The notes under the pieces: model-generated | Databases searched by the model: none | What the model was told of the DNA's origin: nothing | What the model saw: only the letters and a program-made list of their open reading frames with translations | NCBI GenBank assembly: GCA_944326545.1 | Contig: CALVEH010000001.1 | Coordinates: 9,422 to 73,421 of the forward strand | Direction: 5' to 3' | Length of the DNA stretch: 64,000 bases | From: Candidatus Gastranaerophilales bacterium | GTDB taxonomy: Bacteria > Cyanobacteriota > Vampirovibrionia > Gastranaerophilales > Gastranaerophilaceae | Shown here: in pieces, positions 1 to 9,677 of the stretch | Numbering within the stretch: the first letter of the stretch is position 1 | Layout of the letters: each line of letters begins with the position of its first letter | Position numbers and translations under genes: made by a program

Positions 1-559
1 TTCCTGCTTTTTCGTATGCTATTTTTTCTATTGTATCGCCTAGTCTGTCAACATGGTCAAGGCTTATTGATGTTATGATAGAAAGTAAATTTTTACTTAT
101 TGCCGAGGTTGCATCTAATCTTCCGCCAAGCCCTGTTTCTATTACGCAGATATCAGTTTCTTTGTCTGCAAAATATTTGTATGCTGCAGCAGTTAATAAT
201 TCAAATTCTGTTAGATAAATTCCGTTTATTTTTGCAAGAACAGATATTTCTGTTATCAAGTCTGAAAAATCGGTTTTTGAAATATTTCTTTGGTTGATTT
301 TGATTCTTTCTGTATATTCAAGTATGTGAGGGCTCGTGTAAAGACCTGTTTTATAACCTGCACAGGTAAGAATTTTAGACAAAATTGCACAAGTTGAACC
401 TTTGCCGTTAGTGCCGGCAACGTGAATAATGTTAAGTTTTTCCTGCGGGTTGCCGAGCAAAGCCAAAACCTGCAAAATTCTCTCTAAACCAAGGCAAATG
501 TGGAATTTTTCTTGTGATGTAATCAAGTTAATAGCTTTTTGATAGTTTTCATTTTCCAT
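1..559 (-). CDS. folC: Folylpolyglutamate synthase / dihydrofolate synthase, N-terminal part (gene continues past window start)
   Basis: Reverse translation from ATG at 559 reads MENENYQKAINLITSQEKFHICLGLERILQVLALLGNPQEKLNIIHVAGTNGKGSTCA... with the FolC/Mur-ligase P-loop HVAGTNGKGS and later ETGLGGRLDAT. It is open to position 1, so it is absent from the ORF track. Confidence 0.85.
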   Translation of the reverse strand, partial: MENENYQKAINLITSQEKFHICLGLERILQVLALLGNPQEKLNIIHVAGTNGKGSTCAILSKILTCAGYKTGLYTSPHILEYTERIKINQRNISKTDFSDLITEISVLAKINGIYLTEFELLTAAAYKYFADKETDICVIETGLGGRLDATSAISKNLLSIITSISLDHVDRLGDTIEKIAYEKAG

Positions 560-588
560 ACTTTATATTTTACGATATAATCAAATAT

Positions 589-1950
589 ATGGAAATGATG
601 GAAAAGATAAGTTTTTACAGCGCTTTATTTGCTGCAAAAACCGTAAACAGGGGATTACATTTGATGAAAAGTGCTGGGACTTCAATGCCCGGGCTTGTTG
701 CTTTAAAAATATCAAAGAACTTTTTATCTTTTTTGTCTAAATATTGTGAGAAAAACATCATTACCGTAACGGGTACAAATGGGAAAACAACTACAGCAGG
801 TTTATTTGCTCATATTTTAAAGGCTGCAAAAAATTCTGTATTACACAATGAAAAAGGTGCCAATATGTTGTCAGGCATTGCAAGTTCACTTGCTGTGAGT
901 TACAAGCCTTTTTCCAGGTTTGATTATGCGGTGTTGGAGTCTGATGAAGCATACTTAACAAAGCTGTATGACTACATAAATGCTGATTATCTTTTAGTTA
1001 CAAATCTTTTTAGAGACCAACTGGACAGATATGGTGAGCTTGATACAACTGCAAAAAAAATACAAGAAGCTATAAATAAAAATCCTAAATTGAATCTAAT
1101 CGTTAATGCTGATGATCCTATGTTGTACGATTTGGGGTCTGAAAATAACAGAATTTTTTACGGATTTGACGAAATAGTTTATAAAACAGCAGTGGTTGAC
1201 TCTTTGGCACCTGCTGAGGCCGTTACTTGCTCTTGCGGAGCAGATTTGTCATACGAAAAAAGATACTATGCTCATATTGGTAAATACTATTGTGAAAACT
1301 GTGAAAGAAAAAGACATGAGCCTGATTATAAGGGCAAAGTTATAATATATGACGATTTTTCTGAAATATCTGTCTGCACAAGCAAATATGTTCAAGGCAA
1401 AGAACTTTATTTTAGGGTTCCTCTTGTTGGTTTATACAATGCTTATAATGCTCTTGCTGCTATCAGTGCAGCTTTAGAGCTTGGTATTGCTCCTTATTTG
1501 ATTCAGCAAGCTTTGCATTCTTACAAATCTGTTTTTGGAAGAGCTGAAAAATTTAAATATAATGACAGAAATATTCTTGTTCAATTGATAAAAAATCCTA
1601 CAGGTGCATCTGAAGTTTTAAGAACTGTCAATCAAAATACCTGTGCAAAGCTTTTGATTATTATTAATGACAATTATGCTGATGGCAGAGATGTATCTTG
1701 GTTGTGGGATGCTGATTTTGAGCTTTTGAAGGATTATCCCAACAATATTATTATAAGCGGTATAAGAGCCTATGATATGGCTGTTAGAATGAAATATGCC
1801 GGATTTGATGAGTCTAAAATAGAAGTTATTGATGATATTAAAAAAGCTGTATTTTCTGCAATTGATGGCATTGATAAAGGCGAACAGCTTTTGATAATGC
1901 CTACTTATACAGCTTTGTTAGAAATGCAAAAGTTTTTGAAAAAAGATTAA
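589..1950 (+). CDS. murT: Mur-ligase family protein MurT (lipid II isoglutaminyl synthase subunit)
   Basis: P-loop VTGTNGKTTT and NLFRDQLDRYGE motif. Cys4 ribbon CSCG...CENC. C-terminal DGRDVSWLWDADFE (DUF1727-type). Colinear with characterised MurT proteins. Confidence 0.8.
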   Translation: MEMMEKISFYSALFAAKTVNRGLHLMKSAGTSMPGLVALKISKNFLSFLSKYCEKNIITVTGTNGKTTTAGLFAHILKAAKNSVLHNEKGANMLSGIASSLAVSYKPFSRFDYAVLESDEAYLTKLYDYINADYLLVTNLFRDQLDRYGELDTTAKKIQEAINKNPKLNLIVNADDPMLYDLGSENNRIFYGFDEIVYKTAVVDSLAPAEAVTCSCGADLSYEKRYYAHIGKYYCENCERKRHEPDYKGKVIIYDDFSEISVCTSKYVQGKELYFRVPLVGLYNAYNALAAISAALELGIAPYLIQQALHSYKSVFGRAEKFKYNDRNILVQLIKNPTGASEVLRTVNQNTCAKLLIIINDNYADGRDVSWLWDADFELLKDYPNNIIISGIRAYDMAVRMKYAGFDESKIEVIDDIKKAVFSAIDGIDKGEQLLIMPTYTALLEMQKFLKKD

Positions 1951-2142
1951 ATATGTAAATATTAAGTTTTGTTAACTTGTGAAGCCTTGCAATATGTGGG
2001 GTTTGTGGATTTAGTATATATTTTGTAGATAATTTTTAGCAATTATTTATTTCAAAAATACTTTATATAAGAGTAAGGATTAAACATCCAAAACCCAAAC
2101 CACATAAGAGATTACAGAAATTACATATTGGAGGAAATAAAT

Positions 2143-2331
2143 ATGGCAAGAGTTTTAATTTCAATGCCCGAAGAATTTTTAAACAAAATTGATGGAGTTG
2201 CAGAAACAGAAAATCGTACAAGAAGCGAACTTATCCGTGAAGCACTCAGAACATATATTCATAAACAAAAAGTAAGAGAAAATTCACTGGCTACAAAAAA
2301 TGCTAATATCTTAGAAGCTTTGCTTGACTAA
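2143..2331 (+). CDS. Ribbon-helix-helix (CopG/Arc/MetJ-type) DNA-binding protein, 62 aa
   Basis: ATG at 2143 lies 7 nt after GGAGGA. MARVLISMPEEFLNKIDGVAETENRTRSELIREALRTYI fits a beta-strand plus two helices RHH fold. The TTG at 2128 in the ORF track overlaps the SD, so the shorter start is preferred. Confidence 0.75.
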   Translation: MARVLISMPEEFLNKIDGVAETENRTRSELIREALRTYIHKQKVRENSLATKNANILEALLD

Positions 2332-2492
2332 GATAGGGAAAAAGCAAAACAGGCAACTAGATTTGGGGAAATATTAAAACAACGGCAAACGGACTAATTG
2401 GGGAAAAAACAAAAAAACTTAAAGAAGCGAAACTAGACTAATAGCGGAAAAAACAAAGATTAAATTAGGCAATACTAGATTTGGGGAATTTG
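2332..2492 (+). repeat. About five degenerate A-rich units (25-42 nt) each carrying CTA(G/A)(A)TT..GGGGAA / AGGGAA / GCGGAA, between the RHH stop and the terminator
   Basis: CTAGATTTGGGGAA at 2357-2370 and 2475-2488, CTAATTGGGGAA at 2394-2405, CTAGACTAATAGCGGAA from 2433, GATAGGGAA at 2332-2340. The stretch contains no ATG. Confidence 0.6.
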
Positions 2493-2524
2493 AAAAAAAC
2501 TGACGTTTACGCGTCAGTTTTTAG
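2493..2524. terminator. Bidirectional intrinsic terminator shared by the RHH transcript and the convergent oxidoreductase gene
   Basis: AAAAAAACTGACG-TTTACG-CGTCAGTTTTT: a 7-bp stem flanked by an A-run and a T-run. Confidence 0.7.
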
Positions 2525-3885
2525 TTTTTGTATATCTTGTTATTTATGATAAGCGCAGCTGATATTAAAGGGTCAACGGCAGTAGAAAACGGAGGCGCGT
2601 AAGTCATATCAAGATGTAAAAATTCATCTAGGGTTTGCTCCGCTTGTATTGCAGAAGCCACAGTGTTGACTCTCTTGTCTGCGTCACCGCCGCCAAAGGC
2701 TTGAGCCCCAAGAATTTTTTTGAATCTTTTATCTACTACTAGTTTTATTGTGATATTGGCAGCATCAGGCATGTAGCCAGCTTTATCTTTTTTTGTCATT
2801 GTTGCACAGATTACATCAAAACCAAATTTTCTTGCTTCGGTTTCTGTTAAACCTGTAAGAGAGATTGTAAGATTTCCAAATCTGGTTACGGCAGAGCCTA
2901 AAACTCCAGGGAATGCATCGTATTGACCTGCCATGTTAATTGCTGCGCAGCGTCCTTCTTTATTTGCTGTTGAGCCTAGTGGAATCCAAGCATAGTTTTT
3001 TGAAACAAGATGAAAATTTTCTGTGCAATCACCTGCTGCGTAGATATCTTTTGTGCAGGTTTGCATTCTGTTGTTTACCCTAATTGCGTTGCTGATGCCA
3101 AGTTCTATGCCTGCTTCTGCTGCAATTTCTGTATTTGGTCTTATGCCTGCTGCTATGATTACCATGTCAGTTTCTATGACTTTTCCGCTTTTAGTAATAA
3201 CTTTTTCGACTTTATCTGTCCCTTCAAATGCTGTTATTGCGTCAGAAGTAATTATATCTACATTGTCTTTGGCAATAGCCAGGATTTCTTCTTTAACAAG
3301 GTCACTTATTTCAGGATCAAGGAGAGAAAGTATGTGGTCTTCTCTTTCTATCAAGGTGGTAAATATATTGTTGGCATGAAAAGCTTCAAGAAGTTCTATG
3401 CCTATGTAACCGCCCCCTAAGATAACAGCTTTTTTAGATTCAAGCATTTTTTGTCGAATATTTATTCCGTCTTGAAGTGTTCTTATGCTAAAAATATTTT
3501 TTAAGTTAATTCCTTTTATCGATGGGATTATCGGCCTTGCTCCTGTTGTGATGGCAAGTTTGTCGTATTCAACTTCTTGAGTTTCTCCGGTTATTGTATC
3601 TTGGATAATGATTTTGTGTTCTTCAGGCAAAATTTTAGTACATCTTTTGTTAAGATGTATATTTGCTCCTTGTTCTTCGAACTGTTCGGGACGTCTTACG
3701 ATTAGTCTGTTAGAGTCAGGGATGAGTCCTTCTATATAATATGGTAGGCCACAAGATGAATATGATATCAGGTTTTCTTCTGTGTATAAATCTATCTGAC
3801 AATCAAAGTCTTTTGTTCTTAAAAGTTTAGCTGTTATTTTAGGCCCTGCGGCAACTCCGCCTATGATTACAATTTTTTGTTTCAT
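2521..3885 (-). CDS. FAD-dependent pyridine nucleotide-disulfide oxidoreductase (NADH oxidase / CoA-disulfide reductase class)
   Basis: Rossmann IVIIGGVAAGPK, single redox Cys in SYSSCGLPYYI, second Rossmann VILGGGYIGIE, AAGDC motif. 454 aa. Confidence 0.8.
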   Translation of the reverse strand: MKQKIVIIGGVAAGPKITAKLLRTKDFDCQIDLYTEENLISYSSCGLPYYIEGLIPDSNRLIVRRPEQFEEQGANIHLNKRCTKILPEEHKIIIQDTITGETQEVEYDKLAITTGARPIIPSIKGINLKNIFSIRTLQDGINIRQKMLESKKAVILGGGYIGIELLEAFHANNIFTTLIEREDHILSLLDPEISDLVKEEILAIAKDNVDIITSDAITAFEGTDKVEKVITKSGKVIETDMVIIAAGIRPNTEIAAEAGIELGISNAIRVNNRMQTCTKDIYAAGDCTENFHLVSKNYAWIPLGSTANKEGRCAAINMAGQYDAFPGVLGSAVTRFGNLTISLTGLTETEARKFGFDVICATMTKKDKAGYMPDAANITIKLVVDKRFKKILGAQAFGGGDADKRVNTVASAIQAEQTLDEFLHLDMTYAPPFSTAVDPLISAALIINNKIYKN

Positions 3886-4046
3886 AGCCTTATTTTATGT
3901 GGTGTTTTCTCTCATCTCAATCGGACACAGTGGCTAGTGCAGTGATTATTTTTTTTACTACATCATTTGATGGATATTACAACTAAAGTTGTAAAGAAAT
4001 GAGAATAAAGTTCGATAACTTAATTGTAAGAGGATGCAGAGAGAAT

Positions 4047-4439
4047 ATGATTAACAAGACAAATGTACTTATAATACAAGAAGATTTGAATCTGGCTGCT
4101 GAGATTACTGAAAAATGTATTGAAGCAGGAATTTCTGAGAGAAATATTTTTTCTGTAACTGATGCTGATTCTGCAGAGAGATATCTTGAAATAGCAGGAA
4201 TCTCATATGTGATAATTGATGCAGAGATGTACAATTTTGTTGTGGCATCTTTGATAGAAAGATTTAGCGAATATTTCCCCATTAAAATTTTAATAACAGG
4301 ATCTAGTCCTGAACAAAGAACGATAAGAATGATGAGTGACAAATCTTTGATATTTATCGATTCTTATGAAGAATTGGCTGAAGAATTATACAGCCGCACC
4401 GGTGTTTATTCTGATTATCCAAACACAAGTGCACAATAG
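4047..4439 (+). CDS. Hypothetical protein with weak CheY-like receiver resemblance
   Basis: ATG at 4047 follows GAGAG. The pattern VLIIQED...VIIDAEM...ILITG has receiver-like spacing, but the conserved acidic and Lys positions are not all evident. Confidence 0.3.
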   Translation: MINKTNVLIIQEDLNLAAEITEKCIEAGISERNIFSVTDADSAERYLEIAGISYVIIDAEMYNFVVASLIERFSEYFPIKILITGSSPEQRTIRMMSDKSLIFIDSYEELAEELYSRTGVYSDYPNTSAQ

Positions 4440-4507
4440 TTTTATTTTATCATCCCTGTTTAGACTGTGCTGTTGGACCCTAATTCAACAGCTTTTTTTT
4501 GCAAAAA

Positions 4508-5827
4508 TCATAGTTTTATTTGGTTGCTAAGAGCAATTAATTTATTTAGCGTTTCTTCGTAAGCAGTTTTGTCGTCTACTTTCTGCTGTAAAAATTCGTT
4601 AATTTTAGGCATAAATTTTATGGCTTGGTCAGTAACCGGATCTGCTCCGGATACGTATGCTCCGATATTAATCAAATCTTCGTTTTTCTTATAGCTGGCA
4701 AGCAGGGTTCTGATTTTTCCTGATGCTTCAATATGTTCTTTTGTTGTTACTTCCTTCATTACACGGCTGACACTTTGAAGCACATCTACGGCAGGATAAT
4801 GGTTTTTGTGTGCAAGTTCACGTGAGAGCATGATGTGACCGTCAAGGATACTTCTTGCTGTGTCTGAAATAGGTTCGTTAAAATCATCACCTTCTACAAG
4901 TACGGTGTATAGACCAGTTATTGTTCCGTATTCGTTGCTTCCTGCTCTTTCAAGAAGTTTTGGCATAAGAGCAAATACAGAAGGCGTATATCCTCTTGTT
5001 GCAGGTGGTTCACCTACGGCAAGTCCTACTTCTCTTTGTGCCATTGCAATACGTGTGACACTATCAAGCATAAACAATACATCGTTGCCTTGGTCTCTAA
5101 AATATTCTGCAATAGCTGTTGCAACAAACCCTGCTTTTATCTTAACTAAAGAAGGCTGTTCAGATGTTGCAACGATTACGACAGAACGTTTCATTCCTTC
5201 AGGTCCGAGAGTAGATTCTATAAATTCTCTTACTTCACGGCCACGTTCACCTATCAATGCAATGACGTTTAGGTCTGCATTTGTATTTTTGGCCATCATT
5301 GCAAGAGTTGTACTTTTACCTACACCTGAACCTGCAAATATGCCTAATCTTTGGCCTCTTCCTGCTGTAATAAATCCGTCTATTGATCTTATGCCTAGTG
5401 AAAGAGGTGTTCTTATTAATTGTCTTGCAAGAGGGTTTATAATATCAGTGTGCGTTGAATACAAGGATTGAGAATTAATATCACCGAGGTTGTCAATTGG
5501 TCGGCCAAGGCCATCTAATACTCTACCTAAAAGTTGTGGGCCTACTTTTATTTTCATTGAGTCGCCTGTATTGATTACGACTGCTCCGGGCATGAGCCCG
5601 TCCATAGAACCAAGCGGCATAAGTAATATTTTTTCTGTTTTAAAACCTACAACTTCTGCCCATATTGGTGGAGCATCGAGTTTGTTGTAGATATAACAAA
5701 GGTCGCCAATACTTGCTTTAGGGCCGTCAGCTTCGATAATCAAGCCGATAATTTGTATTACTTTTCCGACTTCTTGCAATGTATTTGTTTGATTAATTAA
5801 ATTTTTATATCTGTTCAGGTTTATCAT
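4508..5827 (-). CDS. fliI: Flagellum-specific ATPase FliI
   Basis: Walker A AGSGVGKSTTLAMMA and Walker B LFMLDSVTR. F1/T3SS ATPase family. Lies downstream of fliH. Confidence 0.93.
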   Translation of the reverse strand: MINLNRYKNLINQTNTLQEVGKVIQIIGLIIEADGPKASIGDLCYIYNKLDAPPIWAEVVGFKTEKILLMPLGSMDGLMPGAVVINTGDSMKIKVGPQLLGRVLDGLGRPIDNLGDINSQSLYSTHTDIINPLARQLIRTPLSLGIRSIDGFITAGRGQRLGIFAGSGVGKSTTLAMMAKNTNADLNVIALIGERGREVREFIESTLGPEGMKRSVVIVATSEQPSLVKIKAGFVATAIAEYFRDQGNDVLFMLDSVTRIAMAQREVGLAVGEPPATRGYTPSVFALMPKLLERAGSNEYGTITGLYTVLVEGDDFNEPISDTARSILDGHIMLSRELAHKNHYPAVDVLQSVSRVMKEVTTKEHIEASGKIRTLLASYKKNEDLINIGAYVSGADPVTDQAIKFMPKINEFLQQKVDDKTAYEETLNKLIALSNQIKL

Positions 5828-6602
5828 TTAAGTTATCGTCGATGTTATCAATTTCTTTTGCGAGTTCTCGCTCGTTTGTTGAATTAAGTTCGTCAAAGAG
5901 TCTACGAGATATTTGTTCTATTTGTGCACTGACTCTTGCGTCAATTCTTGAGCCTACGGATTCTACAATTGTTCCGTCAGGTGATACGGAGTTATCTTCT
6001 ACTATTTTTATAGATTCCAAAGTGTGAATTTTCTCTTTAATGTCGTCAGATATTTCGTATATCTTTGCAGCCATTTGCGGGTTAACGATGATTGTGACAT
6101 TTTCTTTTTCTTTAAGTTGCAGTATTGCGTTTTCTACAACAGACAATAGAGTTTTGTTGTCCAGCAAAAGCTGTTGTTTGCATATTTTTTCAGATATATT
6201 TACGACTAAATCGAGTATATCGGTGTGCAAGGATTTTATTATTCTGTGTTTTGTTTCAAACTCGCATTTTGCAAAGTTATTTACATTTTCAATTATTTCT
6301 TGGAGTTCTGATGTTATTTTTTCTTGGCCTTCTGCATAGCCTTCTTCGTAACCTTGTCGGCGTGCTTCTGCTGTGATTGCGTCTTTAGAATTTTGGGCTT
6401 CTGTTTGAGCTTGCAAAATCATTTCAGAACTTTGTTTGTTTGCTTGAGCCAGTATTTCTTGTGCTTGTTTTTTGGCTTTCATCACAATAGAATCGGCGAT
6501 TAATCCGGCATCGACGATTTCTTTACTCATGACTTTTTTTTCTTCTGCGCCAAGCACATAAGAGTTGCCAAAGTTTACGTTTTCGCTTTTAATTCTACTC
6601 AA
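5805..6602 (-). CDS. fliH: Flagellar assembly protein FliH
   Basis: Sits between fliG and fliI, overlapping fliI by 23 nt and fliG by 8 nt. E/Q/A-rich coiled N-half followed by a FliH-type C-half. Confidence 0.75.
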   Translation of the reverse strand: MSRIKSENVNFGNSYVLGAEEKKVMSKEIVDAGLIADSIVMKAKKQAQEILAQANKQSSEMILQAQTEAQNSKDAITAEARRQGYEEGYAEGQEKITSELQEIIENVNNFAKCEFETKHRIIKSLHTDILDLVVNISEKICKQQLLLDNKTLLSVVENAILQLKEKENVTIIVNPQMAAKIYEISDDIKEKIHTLESIKIVEDNSVSPDGTIVESVGSRIDARVSAQIEQISRRLFDELNSTNERELAKEIDNIDDNLNDKPEQI

Positions 6603-7620
6603 TGTATTCGTCCTCTGCTGTATCTCTTGTGATTATGATTTCACCTGCTGATTCCAGCGTACGGATAATACCAACAATTTTGGTTTGTTTTTCTTGAACT
6701 TCTTTTGCTCTTACAGGGCCCATATACTCGAGTTCTTCTTTTAACATAGCTTGAGCACGTTCTGACATGTTGCTGTAGATTTTTTCTTTCAGTTCTTCAC
6801 GAACACCTTTCAGTGAAATAGCAAGGTCTCTTGTGTCAATTTCTCTGATAATTCTTTGGATAGCATTATCCTTGAGTTGGATAATATCTTCGAATACGAA
6901 CATAAGTTCTCTAACACCTTCTGCAAGTTCAAGGTTTTTAACTTCGAGGTATTCAAGTACATTCTTTTCAGTAGCACGGTCGGAACGGTTCAAGATATTA
7001 GCTAATGCACCTACACCACCTGCTTTAGAGAAGTCCTGAGCAACAACTGAAGAGAATTTGCTTTCTACAATTTTTTCTATTTCTGAAATAATTTCAGGAT
7101 TTGTAGAACTCATATCAGCGATTTTAAACGCTACTTGTGCTTGTACATCAGGAGGCAAGCTGTTTAAAACTTTTGCAGAGCTTTCAGGTTTTAAATATGC
7201 CAAAATCAGTGCAATAAGTTGCGGGTTTTCGTTTTGAAATGATGTTGCTAGTTGAGACGGATCTGCATCATTAAAAAACTGAAAAGGGTTTGTTGTCAAA
7301 AGGTTAACCAATCTGCCAAGCATGTTTTGTGCTTGGTCGGCACCGTAGGCCTTTTCTAAGATTGTTCTTGCGTACTGTGTACCGCCTGAAGAAAGATAGT
7401 CACTTGCTAAAAAAAGTGAGTGAAACTCCTCAAGTACTTGGTTTAAAATTTCAGTTGGTACTTTATTTAAGCTTGCGATATCAAAAGTTATCTGTTCAAG
7501 TACATCGTCATCTTTTATATGTTTTAAGACCTCTGAAGCCGTGTTAGGACCAAGCGCAATCAATAATGCTGCGACTTTTTGTCTTTGGGTCATTGTTTCA
7601 TATGTTAATTCGCTTACCAT
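6595..7620 (-). CDS. fliG: Flagellar motor switch protein FliG
   Basis: 341 aa with the MFVFEDI motif and a charged C-terminal helix region. Canonical position after fliF. Confidence 0.92.
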   Translation of the reverse strand: MVSELTYETMTQRQKVAALLIALGPNTASEVLKHIKDDDVLEQITFDIASLNKVPTEILNQVLEEFHSLFLASDYLSSGGTQYARTILEKAYGADQAQNMLGRLVNLLTTNPFQFFNDADPSQLATSFQNENPQLIALILAYLKPESSAKVLNSLPPDVQAQVAFKIADMSSTNPEIISEIEKIVESKFSSVVAQDFSKAGGVGALANILNRSDRATEKNVLEYLEVKNLELAEGVRELMFVFEDIIQLKDNAIQRIIREIDTRDLAISLKGVREELKEKIYSNMSERAQAMLKEELEYMGPVRAKEVQEKQTKIVGIIRTLESAGEIIITRDTAEDEYIE

Positions 7621-7627
7621 TTTTTAA

Positions 7628-9214
7628 TTAGTCCTTAATGTATGAAATAAGTAATTTTGCTGCCTCAGAAGGGTCTGACATAATTGTGTCAGTGAGATCT
7701 GTTTTAAGTTTATCCAATTCAGGATTCAATCTCGCTTCTATTTGAGGTAATGCTTCTACTTCAAATTTATCGATTAAATTATCAGTAATAGCTTGTTGTT
7801 GCTCTTGATAGCTGTTATCAAAGTCATCAACAGCTTCGTCTGATTTGCCAAATAATGAGCGGAATACAAACAGAGCAACCAAGCCGAGAATGAGTATAAC
7901 AAACATTGGTACAAGTTTGTTGATAACAATTTCTTGTGTTTTTTCTTTTTGAATTGTTTTTGCCTCTTCAGTAGCAGCAGCTTTGTTAGCATCGTTTGCG
8001 GAGAATTCTAAACTTGTTACGTTAATTACATCACCTCTGTTTACATCTGCACCGCTTGCTGATGCAATAAGTTTTTCAAGTTCTGTTTTTTCTTCACTTG
8101 TCAAAATCTTGTTAACCGCAACAGCTATTGTCATTCTTTTTACTGAACCAGGGGCATAAACTATTTGTTTTATTTCTTTAGAAACGCTATATGTTGAAGC
8201 TGTTTTTTGCTTTTGATAGTTCAAGTTTTTAGGTTGAGCATTGTTTTGAGGATTTGTTGCAGGCGGATTGTTAGAGCCTGTCATTGCTCCTGTTGTATTA
8301 GGGAATGGATTGTCGTAGTTTTCTGTTTCTGTTTGAGTTGAAGTAAGTACACCTTGTTGAGTGTCGCCAACAGGCATATAGCTTTCAATAGTTGAGCGAG
8401 TAGAGTTAAAATCTATATCTGCGCTAACTTGTACTGAAGCGTTATCAGGGCCTACGATTTTGTCCAAAACACTTTGAATTTTTTTAGCTGTTTGATTTTC
8501 AAAGTTGGTTTTGTAGCTTTCTATATCGTTCGAATTTTTTTCTATGTCGTCAGAAAGATTGTTGCCTGATTGGTCTGTTAAAAAGACTTTTTCCGGGGTC
8601 AATCTTGGAATAGCGTATGCAACAAGATTTTTAATAGCTTTTATTTGTGAGGTTTTGAGTTTGTAACCAGGTTCAAGTATCAACATGACAGAAGCAGTTG
8701 GTACTTCGTCTTTTTCTTGGAATACTGAACGTTCAGGGTCGGCAATTTGCACTCTTGCTTTTCTTACTCCACTCATTCTTTCAATAGAACGAGTCAATTC
8801 ACCTTGGTATATTCTTTGTTTTGTTAATTTGTTTTTAAAGTCAGTTGATCCGAGTTGCATATCATCGAGAAGTTCAAATCCAGGTGATGAATCTTGTATA
8901 AGGTCGTTTTCTGCAACAAATATTCTAAGTTCGTCTTGCAATTCATGAGGTACAAGAACCGATTTTTTATCTTGTGATAATTTATAGGCATAGCCGCTTT
9001 TTTTAAGACTTTCAGATACTGCTGCTGCGTCTTGTGGTGATAAATCAGAGTAAAGTACTGCCCAATTAGGTTCCATTGATTTCATTATAAAGAACCCTGA
9101 AATTACAAGTGTTATTGCGCTTAGTATAACTATTCCAAACTTTTGCCCTACATCTAAGCCGTTCCATAATTTTGTTAAGTCGTCTATAAACAGCTTAAAA
9201 TAATTGTTTTCCAA
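7628..9214 (-). CDS. fliF: Flagellar MS-ring protein FliF
   Basis: TTG start preceded by AAGGGGA. N-terminal TM, LYSDLSPQDAAAVSESLKKSGYAYKL, and a second TM near the C-terminus. 528 aa. Confidence 0.92.
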   Translation of the reverse strand: MENNYFKLFIDDLTKLWNGLDVGQKFGIVILSAITLVISGFFIMKSMEPNWAVLYSDLSPQDAAAVSESLKKSGYAYKLSQDKKSVLVPHELQDELRIFVAENDLIQDSSPGFELLDDMQLGSTDFKNKLTKQRIYQGELTRSIERMSGVRKARVQIADPERSVFQEKDEVPTASVMLILEPGYKLKTSQIKAIKNLVAYAIPRLTPEKVFLTDQSGNNLSDDIEKNSNDIESYKTNFENQTAKKIQSVLDKIVGPDNASVQVSADIDFNSTRSTIESYMPVGDTQQGVLTSTQTETENYDNPFPNTTGAMTGSNNPPATNPQNNAQPKNLNYQKQKTASTYSVSKEIKQIVYAPGSVKRMTIAVAVNKILTSEEKTELEKLIASASGADVNRGDVINVTSLEFSANDANKAAATEEAKTIQKEKTQEIVINKLVPMFVILILGLVALFVFRSLFGKSDEAVDDFDNSYQEQQQAITDNLIDKFEVEALPQIEARLNPELDKLKTDLTDTIMSDPSEAAKLLISYIKD

Positions 9215-9677
9215 TTTATCCCCTTTGTCTTTTTATAAATTTTTTTATTACAAAAAAATACTTACTATTCACCTATATTAAAAATATAGACTATTTTTTG
9301 ACCTGATTCAAATATGTTAAATTACGTTAATCTGGGAAATTTGATGGCAAAGATTTACAATTCTTAATAAGTGTTAGTTTGCATGGAAACATGGGCGCAG
9401 ACATGGTTTGCATGCTATAAAAACTCTGAAACCATGTTGCAGATTGTCAAAGAGTCCTTAAAAGGTCTATAAAGTCAAGAGTTTCAATAAATACGAGCGT
9501 TGCAATAAAACGTAACAATTCGGCATGATTGGCTTGTAAAAAGGGTTTTTGTCTTTATAATAAATAAAAGATACTCGATTTGCTTGCTAATAGTTGAGTT
9601 TGGCAGGTGAACAATTTTAAGATATGGGGAATGGTCCTGTTTGGGAATTTACAGGGACAAATCGGGAGGAACTTTAA

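Noticed and set aside
100-297. 65-aa plus-strand ORF at the window start.
   Set aside because: It is antisense to the clearly coding folC N-terminal region, and is Leu/Phe/Gln-rich and low-complexity.
2332-2524. Type III toxin-antitoxin locus (tandem RNA repeats followed by a terminator).
   Set aside because: In ToxIN-like loci the toxin gene follows the terminator on the same strand. Here the next gene is a convergent housekeeping oxidoreductase. The repeats are also degenerate rather than near-identical.
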